NCBI RefSeq assembly: GCF_006345805.1
Contig: NC_043022.1
Span: forward strand, 1,612,001-1,676,000
From: Octopus sinensis
Lineage: Eukaryota
DNA: 64,000 bases
Reading direction: 5' to 3'
The notes under the pieces were generated by a model, which saw only the letters and a program-made list of their open reading frames with translations, was not told where the DNA came from and made no database searches. A program made the translations under genes and the position numbers. How positions within the stretch are numbered: position 1 is the first letter of the stretch; the number at the start of each line of letters is the position of its first letter. Below are positions 26,321-40,310 of the stretch, piece after piece.

Positions 26321-26769
26321 TTACTGTGACACGTAAACAATAGGTAAAAAAGACGAAAGATTTTGCAAAAAAAATCCAGGAAGACGTCAGGATAAGTAAA
26401 GGAAGATAGGAAGGGAAAGAGATTAAAAAGGGGGGGGGGAAATTGAAGAAAAAATGAGGAGAAAGTGATGAAGGAAGTATGTTGGAACCAACTGAAATAA
26501 TGGTAAATGAACCTCCTCATAGAAAAAAAACAGGAAGAGAGACAATGAAGAAAATGGTAAAAAGAGAAGCGGTTAAAATTGAAGGAAAAGTGAGGAAAAA
26601 TCAAGAAAAAAATGAAAGGAAAATGGAAGAATCGCTGATAAGAATGAGTGGGAATTACGGTTGAATGAAAGAATGAACGATGGAATGGAAGAGGGAAGGA
26701 AATAAGGGAAGAAAGAAAGAAGGAAAGATAAAATGGGAGACGGAAGAACGAGTTAATTGAGGAAATTGG

Positions 26770-27310
26770 GAAATGAAAGAAAGAGCGAAAGAATGAATTT
26801 AAGGAAGAGCGAAAGAATGAATTTAAGAAAGAGCGTTGAAGAATCGTAAGAACGAGCGAATGTAATTGAGAACGATTAAAGGAGAGAACGAGAGAACGAT
26901 AATGAAAACAAATGAATGAAAGAAAGAATGAGTGAAAAAGGACGAGTAAGAAAACGAGTGAAAGGAATGTTAGAAAGAGTGAACAAGATAGAACGAGTGA
27001 AAAAAAGAATGAGTGAATAAATGTAAGAACCGGCGAATAAAAAGGATGCGCATGTAAATTTAAGAACGAGCGAATAAATCTAAGAGCGAACGAATGAGAT
27101 GAGCGAATAAATTTAAGAAGAGAATGATATCAGCGAATAAATTTAAGAACGAAAGAATAAATTTAAAACGAGCGAATGAGATGAGCGAGCAAATGATAAA
27201 GAGTGAATAAATTTAAGAAGCGAATGATAAAGAATAAATTTAAGAACGAGCGAATGATGAAGCGCGAATAAATAAATTTAAGAACGAGCGAATAAATTTA
27301 TGAACGAGCG
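26770..27310. repeat. Degenerate ~20-bp purine-rich minisatellite (gagcgaataaatttaagaac)
   Basis: Direct inspection. Confidence 0.8.
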
Positions 27311-27416
27311 AATGAAGGAAAGAACAAAAGAATGAACACGTGAAAAAGAAAATAAGCGCGAAGTGAAAGCGAAAGCAAAGTAAGATTGAACGCAGAAGCG
27401 AGAGGAATTGTAACAA

Positions 27417-27454
<38 letters not shown>

Positions 27455-28019
27455 GAGAGATGAGGGGCAGATGTAGGAGACTCAGTAAACCCATCACCAT
27501 AGAAACTATTCTGAATCAGTTGACCTCGAAGACTAAAATCAATATGGCTTCTCGCTATCTTTGAATTTATTTATTTGTTTATCTTTATTTCTGAATTTGC
27601 ATTGCCATGGTGATCCTCATCGGTGTGTCACATGACAAGGGAGACCTTATCGACAACAAGTGTATTGACTTCTTTGCCGTCTTCTTCCCCTCCCTCTCTC
27701 CTTCCTCCTTCCTCCTCCTCTTCTTGTTCTTCTTTCTTGAAATCTTCCAAGTGAAATATTTATTCTTCCTCTTCCCAACAGAGAGAGGAGAAGGAAGAGA
27801 GAGAACATGGATCTTTAGTGCAAGGGTAGGAGGGAGAGAGTGTTGTAGTTGTTACATTTACCTATCGTATGGCACGAGGCACACACACACACACACACAC
27901 TCTCTCTCTCTCTTTCTCTCTCAATAATTCGACTTAGGTGGTAAACGCGCGCACACGTATGTAAAGATTTTTTAGAACTTGCAGCGTGCATTGAAGCGCG
28001 CACACAATCATATCTGTAC

Positions 28020-28739
28020 GCACACACACACACACACACACACACAAACATACACACACACACAAACATACACACACACACACACACTCTCTCTCCTCTC
28101 TCTCTCTCTCTCTCTTCTGCGGTACGCACAGATAAATGCACACGCAACCGCCGCATGCATATACGCACTCAAGGATATATGAACAATCATACGAATACAA
28201 ACACGCACTCTATCATACATGTACGTACACAGGTACATACGTACGCACAATCATATATATGCATACATGTACGCAAACATGCAATCATTTACAAAAACGT
28301 GTACACGCGTGCACACACACACACACACACACGCTTTTACACAAACGTTGCGCTCACACACGTGCATAAATACATACGCTCTCTCTCACACACGCACGCA
28401 CATGCTCTTATACACTTACACGTACACACTCACGCGCGCACGCTCTTAACACCCAAATACACGCACGCACGCATACGTGCGCGCTCTTACGTATACACCC
28501 ATACGTGCTCACACACATACACGCGCACTCTCTTAACACCCAAACGTATACGCTCTCTCACACACGCACGCGCATGCTCCTACACAGACGTACACGCTCA
28601 CACACGCGTGCACGCATGTTATTACACACACACACACACACACACACTCATACATGCGCACACCTTTGTCAGTGATTGCCTGTAACACAAGCAGGTAGAC
28701 ACGTGCAGACATGTTTCGAAACGGGCGCACACTTCCACA

Positions 28740-28770
<31 letters not shown>

Positions 28771-29314
28771 CACGCATGCATATATTCAAAACATACACAC
28801 ACAGTTTTCAAAGTAACATCCATTCTGCATGAAAGAGTCACACGTAGACATGCTTATCACGCACACACACACAGCCACACACACACACACACGCACATAG
28901 CCACACCTTTGCTCATATACACACACACACACGCACACACAGAGAGCCACACCTTTGCTCATACATGTACATAGATGACCTCATACCACATGCATTCAAA
29001 TACAGGTTTATACACACCACACACACACACACACACACGAACACAAGCACAGTCGCTTGCACTTATTCTTTCAAACACACTCAGGCACACATGCGCACAC
29101 ACGAATGCACAACACACACACATTCACACACTTGAGTGATGTCATAGCAAAAAAAGGTTAGTAAGCAAAAGATCACACACACACACTTACACACAGGTCT
29201 TTGAAGTGACGTCATAAGCAGGAAACTATGTCAGACATGAGAAAACACACACACACACTTATATTCAAACAAAAACGCTTTCACATAGACAAACTATTCA
29301 ATTACACACAGCTA

Positions 29315-29380
<66 letters not shown>
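28020..29380. repeat. CA-rich cryptic simple sequence
   Basis: Direct inspection. Confidence 0.85.
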
Positions 29381-29382
<2 letters not shown>

Positions 29383-30339
29383 AGATCACAGAGTATAATA
29401 AACAGCCTAAACGTAATGTTAGGTGTGTATAGTATGTATGTGTTCATACTCGGATCAAGGACAACACTACTATTAAGATAAAGATCGCGATCAATTATTG
29501 TTCGTTTGTTCTGCACGAAAAAGGCTTTTGTTTTTATCCTTTCCGACTCCGTTATCTAAAAATGTATTATTTAGCAAACGCCGTATGATGTCTGTCTGCG
29601 GTCTCAGCATAAAACAAGGTTGAGAAAGAATGAATAAAAAAATCACTGAGATAGACAGCTGGATGTGTGTTTTATGAGTTTTATTCAATTTCATTTCATT
29701 TTATCACAAAACCACAGGCTATTTCGATATATAAACAGACGAAGCTAAGCAGAAAAAAACCATTTATAAAGGAGGATCGGTGACAAATATTGAAATTAGT
29801 GTCATAGTGATGAAGATCTCTAAGAGGTCTTAGACTGGAAACGACAGGAAAAAGATTTCTCGTATTCTATATTATACCTAGCTGGCTCCACGCCGTCAAA
29901 AATGACGGCTAATTGTAGTATTTTATATATGAGGACAAAAGATAGAATATGGATGGTAATTCAAATTAATACACTCCTCAATATTATCTAGTCGTTGTAT
30001 TTTCAGATGTGATATCGATCCATATAAACATTCATACACTTCCCTTGTACACAAAATTGAAATGCTGAGTTTTCTTTCCAGCGTTCAATGTTCACCATCC
30101 CACTTCCATTGCATACACACACACAAACACACACGATTCCCTTTTACATTTTTACATACGCACACATATACTCACACAGAGTTGAAACGCTGTTTGATTT
30201 TTTTTTGTCACCGTAGAATTTCCATCATCCCACTTCCTTTCTCATTCGGATGTTGTGACGGAGAAAAACACAAGAGTATTATTATAGCAGATGATAATTG
30301 CATAATAATATTTTCTACTTTCGAAAGGCGAGTAGTTTT

Positions 30340-30585
30340 GAGGGGAGGGGCTAATTCAACTCAGAATGCAAAGAGCCAATGCACCAAAGACTCTGCCGAC
30401 TCGTCGCTTGGATAATGCTTTCTTATTTTGACACAAGGTCAGCAATTTTGAAGGGGGCAGTTTTAGTTGACACCATTGACACTCCTCCTCAGTAATTACT
30501 TTATCGACCCCAAACGAATGAAAGGCAGAGGAGTCAGAGGAAATATTGTAAGGGAGTTTTGTCCGGTGCTCTAAAGATCTTGCCA

Positions 30586-30619
<34 letters not shown>

Positions 30620-31095
30620 GCCCTGATGCAGTTCGAGGCAGTGGCTCTCGTGGCTTCTGATCTTAACTGATTGGAAGTGTTATCATGTACATTGTTTTGT
30701 CTTGATATAAAAGATGGGCTACAGTAAATATTCTGCTCAATACCATAGATTTGCTTGTCAGTTGTTTGACCTTAACCAATTGAGCATGTCCCTTAGTGGC
30801 TGATGATATGTGCATCTCTGATCACGAGCAGAAGTAGTGGGGGGGCATCATAGCCATGTGTTGAGAGGGATTCTTTGGGGTTTAGATAATTCACCTTTGC
30901 AAACATGGGTGTTTCGTTCAACATCTTTAAACAAACCTTATTCAAGAACCTTTTGAGCAGGATGGGCTACTCAACCAGTTTACCCTTTCTGGGGTCAATA
31001 AAATAAGTAGTAGTTGAGTACTGGGGTCGATGAAATCGACGAGTCCTCTCCCACCAAAATTTCAGGCCTTGCACCTATAGTAGAAAGGATATATT
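30340..31095. mobile_element. SINE family B pieces (30340-30585 minus; 30975-31095 plus)
   Basis: Alignment to other copies. Confidence 0.65.
30617..30980 (-). repeat. Unclassified interspersed repeat with (TTA)n tail; second copy at about 58455-58860
   Basis: Two copies align over about 250 bp (ttgcttgtcagttgtttgaccttaacc...gggctactcaacc). Confidence 0.8.
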
Positions 31096-31675
31096 TTAGG
31101 CGGTGACAGTGTCCCACTGAGACTCTCACACCCCATACACACACCAATATCACTATTCTCCCACCACTGTTACATTTTAGATGTTTTTGGTAATAATTAA
31201 AAAATGACGTCGCTCCATCACCGAGAAATGGCGAGATATTTCTTTCGTCAAATAGTTTTTATCGATTTTGATGTAATGTAGCTCAGCGTCCACCTTTTAT
31301 TGAATGATTCCGGAAAGGATATTGTCAGAAATTCAATCCACTCTCTCCGACCGACTTTAATTAATTTCACAGACTTGATTGACTTGGGTATCTTCCACAT
31401 TTATTTTCAGCTCGCCACACAAAAGAACGAAACCCAATCTTCAGTTCTCTTGTCTGAAAACCTGCGAGTTTAATGCCGCTTGCCAATTAATTTTCTCAAG
31501 AATTATTGTTTTTTTTTGCCTTCTGTCTCATTTTCTATTTTATTAAGAAGGGGGGAATCGAGTATTAATTATATTGGTAATAATTAGTTTCATTAGAGGA
31601 AAAGAAAATGTCGGTCTTCATTTGAAGTTTGTGTGAAGGCGCGTGGCCTCGTGGTTCGGGTGTTGCACTCGCTTG

Positions 31676-32191
31676 TATCTTTTGTTTTTTACTTGTTTCA
31701 ATCATTGAACTGTGGCCTTGCTGGAGCACCGCTTCGAACAATTTTCAATCGAATGATTCAAACGCAGTGTTTTTATTTTAAATCTTGTACTTATTCTACC
31801 GGTGTCTTTTGCCGAACTGCTAGTTTACGGTGACGTTAACAAACCTATACCGGTTGTCAAGCGGTGTGTGGGACAGACAGACACACACACACACACTCGT
31901 GTACACAACGGGTTCGTTTCAACCAAATCCATAAATAAAGCTTTGTGGGGCCCGAGGCTATAGCAGAAGACATTTCTGTTGCCGAACTGCTAAGTTACGG
32001 GGACATGAACACACCAACACCGGTTGTCAAGCGGTGGTGGGGAACATACACACAAGAAGCTTGCTTCCCAACCACATGGTTCCAGGTTCAGTCCCACTGC
32101 ATGGCACCTTGGGCAAGTGTCTTCTATAGCCTCAGGCTGACCAAAGCCTTGTGATTGGATTTGGTAAACGGAAACTGAAAGAAGCCTGTCG

Positions 32192-32264
<73 letters not shown>

Positions 32265-32575
32265 TTTGTCTCCCTACCGTCGCTTGACAACCGATGTTGG
32301 TGTGTTTATGTCCCCGAAACTTAGCAGTTCGGCAAAAGAGACCGATAGAGTAAGTCCTGGGGTCGATTTGCTAGACTAAATGCAGTACTCCAGCATGGCC
32401 GCAGTCAAATGATTGAAATGTGTAAAAGAGTAATACACACACACACACACACATATATAGGTTTTGTTTGGTTGGCTCGAGTCTATAGAAGGAGACACTT
32501 GCTCAAGGTGTCATGCAGAGAGACTGAACTCGGAGCCATGTGGTTTGGAAGCAAGCGTCTTACCCCACGCCTATC
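31676..32575. mobile_element. Cluster of SINE family A pieces in both orientations (full plus copy about 32052-32430)
   Basis: Alignment to other copies. Confidence 0.8.
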
Positions 32576-32843
32576 GCAAGATCGGGTTTCGATTCCCAGT
32601 CCAGGCAGTGTATTGTGTTTTTAAGCAACACCCACTTCATTTCACGTTACTGCAATCCATTCAGCCATTAAGTGAACAGCTTTGCAACGAACTGGCGTTC
32701 CGTTCAGGGCCTGGGGGCGGGAATGTCGTGATGTCGATCCCTTCTCTTGTCTGAGAATAATTTAGAAGTCTCTGGAACCGTCTGTAAAACGGGCTGACTT
32801 GGTGCTGACATAAGAAATGCACGTTAAACAAAAAAGACTACTT

Positions 32844-33240
32844 TATGTACATTATTTACGTTTGACGGATATTTGTCCTCATCTTGTTTGTTAACACACC
32901 TCTTCGGCTGATATACCCTCCAGCCTTTATCAGGTGTCTTGGGGAAATTTCGAATCTGGGTTCTTATCCCTAAGGTATTTTTCGATGTTGTTATTATTCA
33001 GGTCACTGCCTGGAATCGAACTCGGAATCTTGGGGTTAGTAGCCTACGCTCTTAACCACTACGCCATATGCCCATGGGCATATCGAAAAATACCATTAAA
33101 AAAATACCTTCCCCAAGACACCTGATGAAGGCTGGAGGGTAAATCAGCCGAAACGTTGTGTTAACAACAAACAAGATGAGGAGAAATATCCGTCAAATGT
33201 AAACAATGTACTTAATTCCTCATCTCTTAAATATAGAACT
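32844..33240 (-). mobile_element. tRNA-headed hammerhead SINE, locus 1 (minus main copy plus plus-strand inverted 3' copy)
   Basis: A-box TGGCGTAGTGG (33056-33066) and B-box GAGTTCGATTCC (33012-33023); HHR tail mutated in the main copy, intact in the inverted copy. Confidence 0.85.
33117..33161 (+). ncRNA. Minimal type I hammerhead ribozyme with intact core
   Basis: gacac-CTGATGA-A-GGCTG(10 nt)CAGCC-GAAAC-GTT-gtgtt. Confidence 0.8.
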
Positions 33241-33814
33241 GTATTAAGAAAGACTTCCGTTCAAAAATGGCACAGAAAATGGTGACGGGGTGAGTGTAAG
33301 ATATGGAAACATCACTCAGAAACACACAAAGTTTGCGGATCGATATTGATAGAAAAAATTCCCCCCACACAATCACACAATCCACCGTCTTTGGTTTTAT
33401 GTTTTGTAAATGTGAATTTGTCGTTCTTTTTAGTGTTATGATTTTTTTGTTGTTGTTGTTATTTCCTCTTTAAAGTCAGTTTTCATGAAGATATATTGTC
33501 TGGGAGGATCGATTAATGATTGTAGTTCCTTAATTAGGGACGTTTTATGGTTGATGTGTAGAATAGTTTGGGTGTGTAAGGGGTAGTTGTGAAAAGGGTT
33601 TAACGGAACAATATTGAATTAGGAAGAATGGAAAGAGAGATGAGAGGGTAAGAGACGAGAGAGAGAGAGAGAGAGGAGGGTGGGTAGGTGGGAAGAAAGA
33701 GAAAAAGAAAGGCAATAGGGTAGAGATATTCATTTAGGGAATATTAAAAAAGGGACCAAACTGTAAAGAAAAAAATTGTTCCAAGTTAATCTGCCGATCA
33801 AAAATAATAATAAT

Positions 33815-34535
33815 AGCGTGGTTGTGTGGTAAGAAGCTTGCTTCCTAACAGCATGGTTCGAGGTTCAGTCCCACTGGGTGGCACCTTGGGCAAGTGTCTT
33901 CTACTGTAGCTTGAAGCCAACCAAATCCTTGTGAGTGGATTTGGTAGACGGAAACTGAAAGAAGCTCGTCGAATATGTACATGTATTTGTGTGTCTGTGT
34001 TTGTCCCTTCCCCCCAACCATCGCTTAACCGATGTTGGTGTGTTTACGTCCCGCTCAGCATTCCGCCCTGTGCGCTAACGATTCTTCCAGCTCGCCACCC
34101 TCACGTTCTCCTAAATAACAACGACGCCCATAATAAGGCCACGTAACAACAAACATAAATATTTACTGCAGACCTTCTTTATTTGCACAGCATTTCATTC
34201 AGCAGATGGTCGGGGTTATCTGGGAAGAATTAGGGTCGACTTTTACGAGCGATATCTTTCTTTTTCTTTTTTATACTATTCTTTTTACTTTCTTTTAGTT
34301 GTTCCAATCATTAGACTGCGGCCATGCTGGAGCACCGTCTTGAAGAATTTTTAGTTGAATGAATTAACCCCAGTGCTTATTATGACTGTTATTATTATTA
34401 TTATTATTATTATTAGTTTTAAAGCTTGGTACATTTTATATCGGGTTCTTTTGTCGAACTACGCGGATGTAAACAAACCAACATCGGTTGTCAAGCGGGG
34501 GTATGGGGGGAACATATTATATATATATATATACA

Positions 34536-34568
<33 letters not shown>

Positions 34569-34745
34569 GCATATATATATATATATGACGAGCTTCTTTC
34601 AGTTTCCGTCTATCGAATCAACTCATCAGGCTTTGGTCGGCCCTAGGCTATAATAGAAGACACTTGCCCAAAGTGCCATGCAGTGAGACTGAACCCAGAA
34701 CCAGGTGGTTGGTAAGCAAGCTACACTTACACACAAGCCACTCCT
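33815..34745. mobile_element. SINE family A copies (33815-34050 plus; 34285-34745 minus)
   Basis: Alignment to other copies. Confidence 0.8.
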
Positions 34746-34747
34746 GC

Positions 34748-34847
34748 NNNNNNNNNNNNNNNNNNNNNNNNNNNNNNNNNNNNNNNNNNNNNNNNNNNNN
34801 NNNNNNNNNNNNNNNNNNNNNNNNNNNNNNNNNNNNNNNNNNNNNNN
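34748..34847. other. Assembly gap (100 N)
   Basis: Run of N. Confidence 1.
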
Positions 34848-35107
34848 GGAAGCAAGTCTTAAAAAAATTTTATTTTTTTAATAAAAATTAATTACCAAAG
34901 AGGGAGTGCGAGAATATCGTGGAGAGATAGGAATCTTGTTTAGTGAGACAACTTTAAATATAAATTCTAGCGCTTATAATTCCAGTCGTTTGTCAAGAAA
35001 TTTATTGTACGTGTGGGGGAGAAAGTGAGAGTGTACAGCAACTGTTGTCTTGGTTTTTAGCACAAATGAGGAGGGACAATAAAATTTAAAGAAATATATA
35101 CATACAT

Positions 35108-35138
<31 letters not shown>

Positions 35139-36090
35139 ATATATCTATATATACGTGTTGAAAAAGTTGAACAAAAAATTATCCAAGTATAAAATAGGAA
35201 GCTAAAAGAAAAATGTGTTAAACATTATTATTGTCATAAAGGGGAATATGGGAAGCTACTCTATAAATTAGACAAAATTAAATTTCGAAAATTAATTCCA
35301 GCTGAAATGAACCAAGGCAAAGGAAATACCTAAGGTTAGCAATAAAGACAACGTCTTCGGCTGAAAATTATTATTATTATTATTTTACCTGGAATGGAAG
35401 GGAAAAAGAAAAAGGCATGCTATAACGTGGTTTATCTCCCTTAGTTATTATTCATAGTTATTTCCCTTGGCATTCTTAAATTTTTTAAATCACAGATTTT
35501 TTTTTTAATAAAAAATGAAATACAAAAAGGATTCAGGGGCGGTGAAAGAAAAAAAAAAAGTGCCCCATGAGTAGCAATGAGAAACCTTTATTTTTTTTTT
35601 TTCTGCTAAAAAAATTGAATGATATTACGAAATTTGACAGGAAAAGACGGAAGCTGAGATATATATATAGAGAAAGAGAGAGTGTAGGGTTTAGAAATAG
35701 TCTTTTTTTTTATATATGTTGGCAAATTGTTTTTAGTTTTTGTGGGGCTTTTTTTTGTTTGTTTTCTCTCTTTTTTTTTTGTACAAAGACTTTCACAAAA
35801 GCTAAAAGAATATTGAACCAGAAGTTGACTCAAGAGGCAAATGAAAAAATATTCATATATATATATAGATGTGTTTGTGTGTGTGTTCGTGAAAAAAAAA
35901 AAAGTGTTCGTTTGTCCAACGGTTTTACACAATAAAACAGGGGTTAGAACAGACACCACTGAGCAAAAATCTCCAAAGCAAGGGGCCGTTTGTTTTAGCC
36001 ATTTTAATAGTTTGTTATTTATAGATTAATTCTAAATAAAATCTTTTTTGCTATGGTAAACAATTGACACCTGTTTCAATATACACACAG

Positions 36091-36134
<44 letters not shown>

Positions 36135-38389
36135 CAGCTGTCTGCACATTGAACAGGATTGTGACAACTGCACCTCATTGCATGTATATCTGCATAGATA
36201 TTTGTGTCTATATATATTTATATAAATATATATATATACACACACATATAAACCTACATGTATGTATAGTTTCTTATTCAAATATTAGCCCAGCACATGT
36301 AGACATCACCACCAACAATTACAACTCATTTGTCCCATAATATATAAGGAAACAAAACATGGGGCACATGGGGATACATTATTCAGAAACAAAATTGGGG
36401 GCAATTATATATATATATATATATAAAAAAAGGGTCACAGGTTGTTCTTTATCAGTGTGAATGAAGTTAAAGAGAGAGAAAGAAGTAGCATGGCTGGGTA
36501 GGGGGTTAGTTGGAAGGGTGGGGTGTGGGGCAGTTGAGAAAGGCACCAAGCCAAAATAAAGAAGTGTTCACCAAAAATATTGATGGTGCTGGTTTGATTT
36601 TGGTTTCTTGAAACATAATAATAATAATGATGATGATGATGCTTATAATATACTATGCCTCTTTATCTCTGCTGTAACTTTGGTATCTAATTCCACTTGA
36701 AGAAGAAAGTTGAGTGAAGAAACTCGCTCAACATAGTGGACATTTTGATTTTTCTTTTTTTTTTTTTTACTTGGTATTGTTCTTGAAATTATTCATTTTT
36801 GGTCACAAAGAGTAAATAATAATAATGTCTTTATTTATTTATATATATATATATTTTTTTTTATATATTTTCATAATTTTGTTTTTATATAATAAAAAAA
36901 ACTATGATGAATATTGATGGTTATCTAAACATGGTTTGTTGTTGTTGTTCTTGTTTCCTCATTTTTTTTTCTTTCTTTCTCCTAAAATCTTGAGGAATAA
37001 TTTTTTTTTTTTTTACACTGCACGCAGCCCCAACTCTGTACCATACATGCACCCCAAACTACACTCAGAATAATTAGGGATTATAGCTCTATAAGAATTG
37101 GAGAAACTGGTGACTGTGAGGACCCAGCTCACAAATATGTAGTGGTGGTGGTGGTAATAACAGGCCTGAAATTTGGAGGCGGGTGTTAGTTGATGGCATT
37201 AATCCCAGTACTTGACTCATCACCCCTGAACGGGATGACAGTAATGTTGGGATCGGAACACAGAATGTAAAAAAAAAAAAAAAAAAAAAAAACTGGAGGA
37301 AACCCTACCAGGTTTTTCTTCTGACTAACGATTCTTCCACCTTGCAGGCTTTAATTGTGGTCGTGATAGCAGCACTATTTATTAGTTGTTGTAGTAATAG
37401 AATTAATTAGGGTCTCTTGTTGTGAGCAGGAGACCCAAAACTTTTGAAAAGAGAGGCACACATTTCATTGATTCAAACTGCCACCTCACACACATACAGT
37501 CTGACTATATTTCCTGGTTTCTGCTTTAGTGACCTTTCGTATGGATGAAAGGTCAAGTTGCCCTCACCACGATTTGGTCGGTCAAACCAGGTCCACTACA
37601 TTTGTTCCCCGTCTTGGGCTTACGGCCGGTCCCACGGTTTCTAAATTGCGCACAAGGGCACAGTAGAGTACATTCATTTTCTGGGGGGTCTGACTGGCAC
37701 TACATTATTTTTATCAACCCCTGGAAGGAGCAAAAGAAAAGTCTACCAGACAGGATTTGAAGTTGGTAAGGGGACTTCAATACCATGAGGTACTTATTCT
37801 GCCATCCACCATCCTTAATAAAAGCAATACGATTAAAAAGAAACTCATGAAACAGAGAAAAAGAAATCAAAAGGGTTGCCCTGGTTACGTAATCTCAAAA
37901 AATGGATTTGGTCATCCATGTGGGCCAAGCTGCGACATTGGTTTGTCTAAGTTTTCCAGAGTTGGCAGTGCATATTTTGTGGTGGAGGTCAGGGCACAAA
38001 ATATATATCTATATATATATGTGTGTGTGTGTTTGTGTATGTGTGTGTGCATATATACATACATGTGTTGTCAGTAAAAAAAGGGAAAAAAAAAATTGAA
38101 GGATTAGGAGAAATAAGTGGTTTTGTTGGGAGACAAGAAATAGAACAAAAAAAAAATGGTAATAACAAGAAACACTGACCAACAACCATTTGACAGTTCT
38201 TTGGAGGAATTGATCCAAAGGGAGAAGGGAATTGAGTGATAGAAAGAGAGAGAGGGGGGAGGGAGAAGTCTTTTTTTCTTCAGCATCAAAGGATTGAATG
38301 GGTTGAGCCTGAAAAATAAATTAAAAAATGTATAAAATAAGGGGAAAAAAAACCCAACAAAAATTCTAACTATTAAATCCTCGCCACCC

Positions 38390-38780
38390 TCATCATCATC
38401 GTTTAGCGTCCGTTTTCCATGCTAGCATGGGTTGGACGGTTCTACTGGGGTCTGTGAAGCCAGAAGGCTTCATCAGGCCCAGTCAAATCTGGCAGTGTTT
38501 CTACGGCTGGATGCCCTTCCTAACGCCAACCACTCCGTGAGTGTAGTGGGTGCTTTTTACGTGCCACCCGCACGTAAGAGAATGTTCCAGAGACACTCAA
38601 GACGACTCTGTTGTCAGGTAGGGGACAGGATAAGTCAATTATATCGACCCCAGTGCTCAACTGGTACTTATTTTATCGACCCTGAAAGAACAAAAAGCAA
38701 AGTCGAACCCATGGCAGAATTTGAACTCAGAACGTAAAGACACTAAGCAGTTTTGCCTGGCATGCTAACAGTTCTGCCTC
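38390..38780 (-). mobile_element. RTE-tailed SINE family E (38390-38575) followed by family B (38615-38780)
   Basis: (GAT)n tail; ggatgcccttcctaacgccaacc segment typical of RTE-related 3' ends. Confidence 0.75.
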
Positions 38781-39689
38781 TTTGCTGTCGTCTTGTAACT
38801 GTAAAATATAAGGCCATTGTTATTGAGGCACAGCTCACTGCAGTAAACAGGGGGAGCACTATAGTGTTTGATACACTACAGTCCTGACATGCTTTCAAGC
38901 ATTAAATTAAATTGTGTGTGTGAACCACTACCCTGGTGACCATCCCTCCTAAAATCCTTTGATGTCTGGGTCAGCAGTTTTCCACCCAATACTCTTTGCC
39001 ACAAATCATTTTAAAGTCTGTTCGGTTAATATTTCCCCTGGGTCTTTCGAACAGGCCAAGTACGTTTCCTTGGAAGATTGCAAATGAACAAGACATCATG
39101 TATGATGGTGATGTTTGTCTTCTCACACACACATGCATTACCAGCTTCTTTCAGTTTCTGCTCAGCAAATCTATTCACAAGGCTTTGGTTGATCTGAGAC
39201 TAGTTAAAAGATACTTGCCCAAGGTACCGTGCAGTGGGATTGAACCCGACACCACAGTCAGAAGCAAACTTAACACAGCCCTACCTGGGCCAAGGGCAGA
39301 TTTTTCAGGGATAAAAAGGAAAAAAATCCCTCTGAATTGTACCTTACACAAGACATCATCCATATATATATACATCATATTATATAACTCTAGAATTTAA
39401 ACTAGCCGTAGCCAGATGAAATATTCCACCTGGTTTTGGTCAGATATGGCCTCTCACGCCTACCCTACATTTCAAAAATAAACAATCACATCATTGAAAT
39501 CTCAAAGCTATGAACTAAAGCATAACTAATTCAAAACAATGTGAATAAATAAGAAATCTGAATGCTGAAAAGGTTAATGGTGTGTGTGTGTGTGGATTGA
39601 TAATAGATATATAATATTACATATATATCATACATATATATATATAACATATATATACATACATATAATATATATACATACATATACAT

Positions 39690-40010
39690 ACATATCTCGT
39701 CTGGCACCTGTGCTCGGTGGCACATAAAAAACACCATCCGAGCGTGGCGTCTGCCAGCCGCGTCTGGCACTTGTCGTTGCACATAAAAAACACCATCCGA
39801 GCGTGGCCGTTTGTCCACCTCGTCTGGCACCTGTGTCGGTGGCACATAAAATCACCCACTACACTCTCGGAATGGTGCATTAGGAAGGGCATCCAGCTGT
39901 AGAAACACTGCCAATCTGACTGGACTGTGCAGCTTTCGGGCTCCCCAAGACCCCGTTGAACCGTCCAACCCATGCTAGCATGGAAAGCGGACTTAAACGA
40001 TGATGATGAG
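39690..40010 (+). mobile_element. SINE family E with internal ~57-bp unit repeated three times
   Basis: cgtctggcacctgtg...gcacataaaaaacaccatccgagcgtggc repeats; (GAT)n tail. Confidence 0.75.
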
Positions 40011-40069
40011 ATATATATATAATATACATATATATACCTACATATATATATTATGTTATGGTTGCCCCC

Positions 40070-40310
40070 TTGTTATTGAGTATGGCCATTGTACGAAGCT
40101 TAACTGTTACCGGTGCTGTGATCGAATGTGACTTTTTAGCCCAGTTAAAGATCTACAATGTCTTGTACAGAATTGGCAACTAAGACCTTTACTGGTAATA
40201 GCCGGCTGTAGTTGTAACTGGGCTTCATGTACCTCTGCATGTCGTTTAAGTCCTCCTGCTGAATTACACTCTCTTACACATGCCTGACAGATATGATTGG
40301 TATGGTCTGT
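40070..40310 (-). mobile_element. LINE C-terminal fragment with two C2H2-type fingers (open frame 40107-40310)
   Basis: HICQACVRECNSAGGLKRHAEVH...SCQFCTRHCRSLTGLKSHIRSQHR*; the CxxCxxxCxSxxGLxxH pattern resembles LINE ORF2 ends. Confidence 0.65.

Noticed and set aside
21608-27310. CRISPR-like appearance of motif-plus-spacer arrays at 21.6-22.2 kb and 26.8-27.3 kb
   Set aside because: Eukaryotic context, spacers are simple repeats of unequal length, no cas genes
29800-29850. GTGATGA-hairpin-...GAAAC hammerhead-like string
   Set aside because: C3 is G, 7 extra nucleotides precede GAAAC, and there is no helix III or cleavage triplet
31200-31240. TGACGTC and aaatggcg motifs suggesting a promoter
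   Set aside because: Short motifs with no associated exon or CpG island
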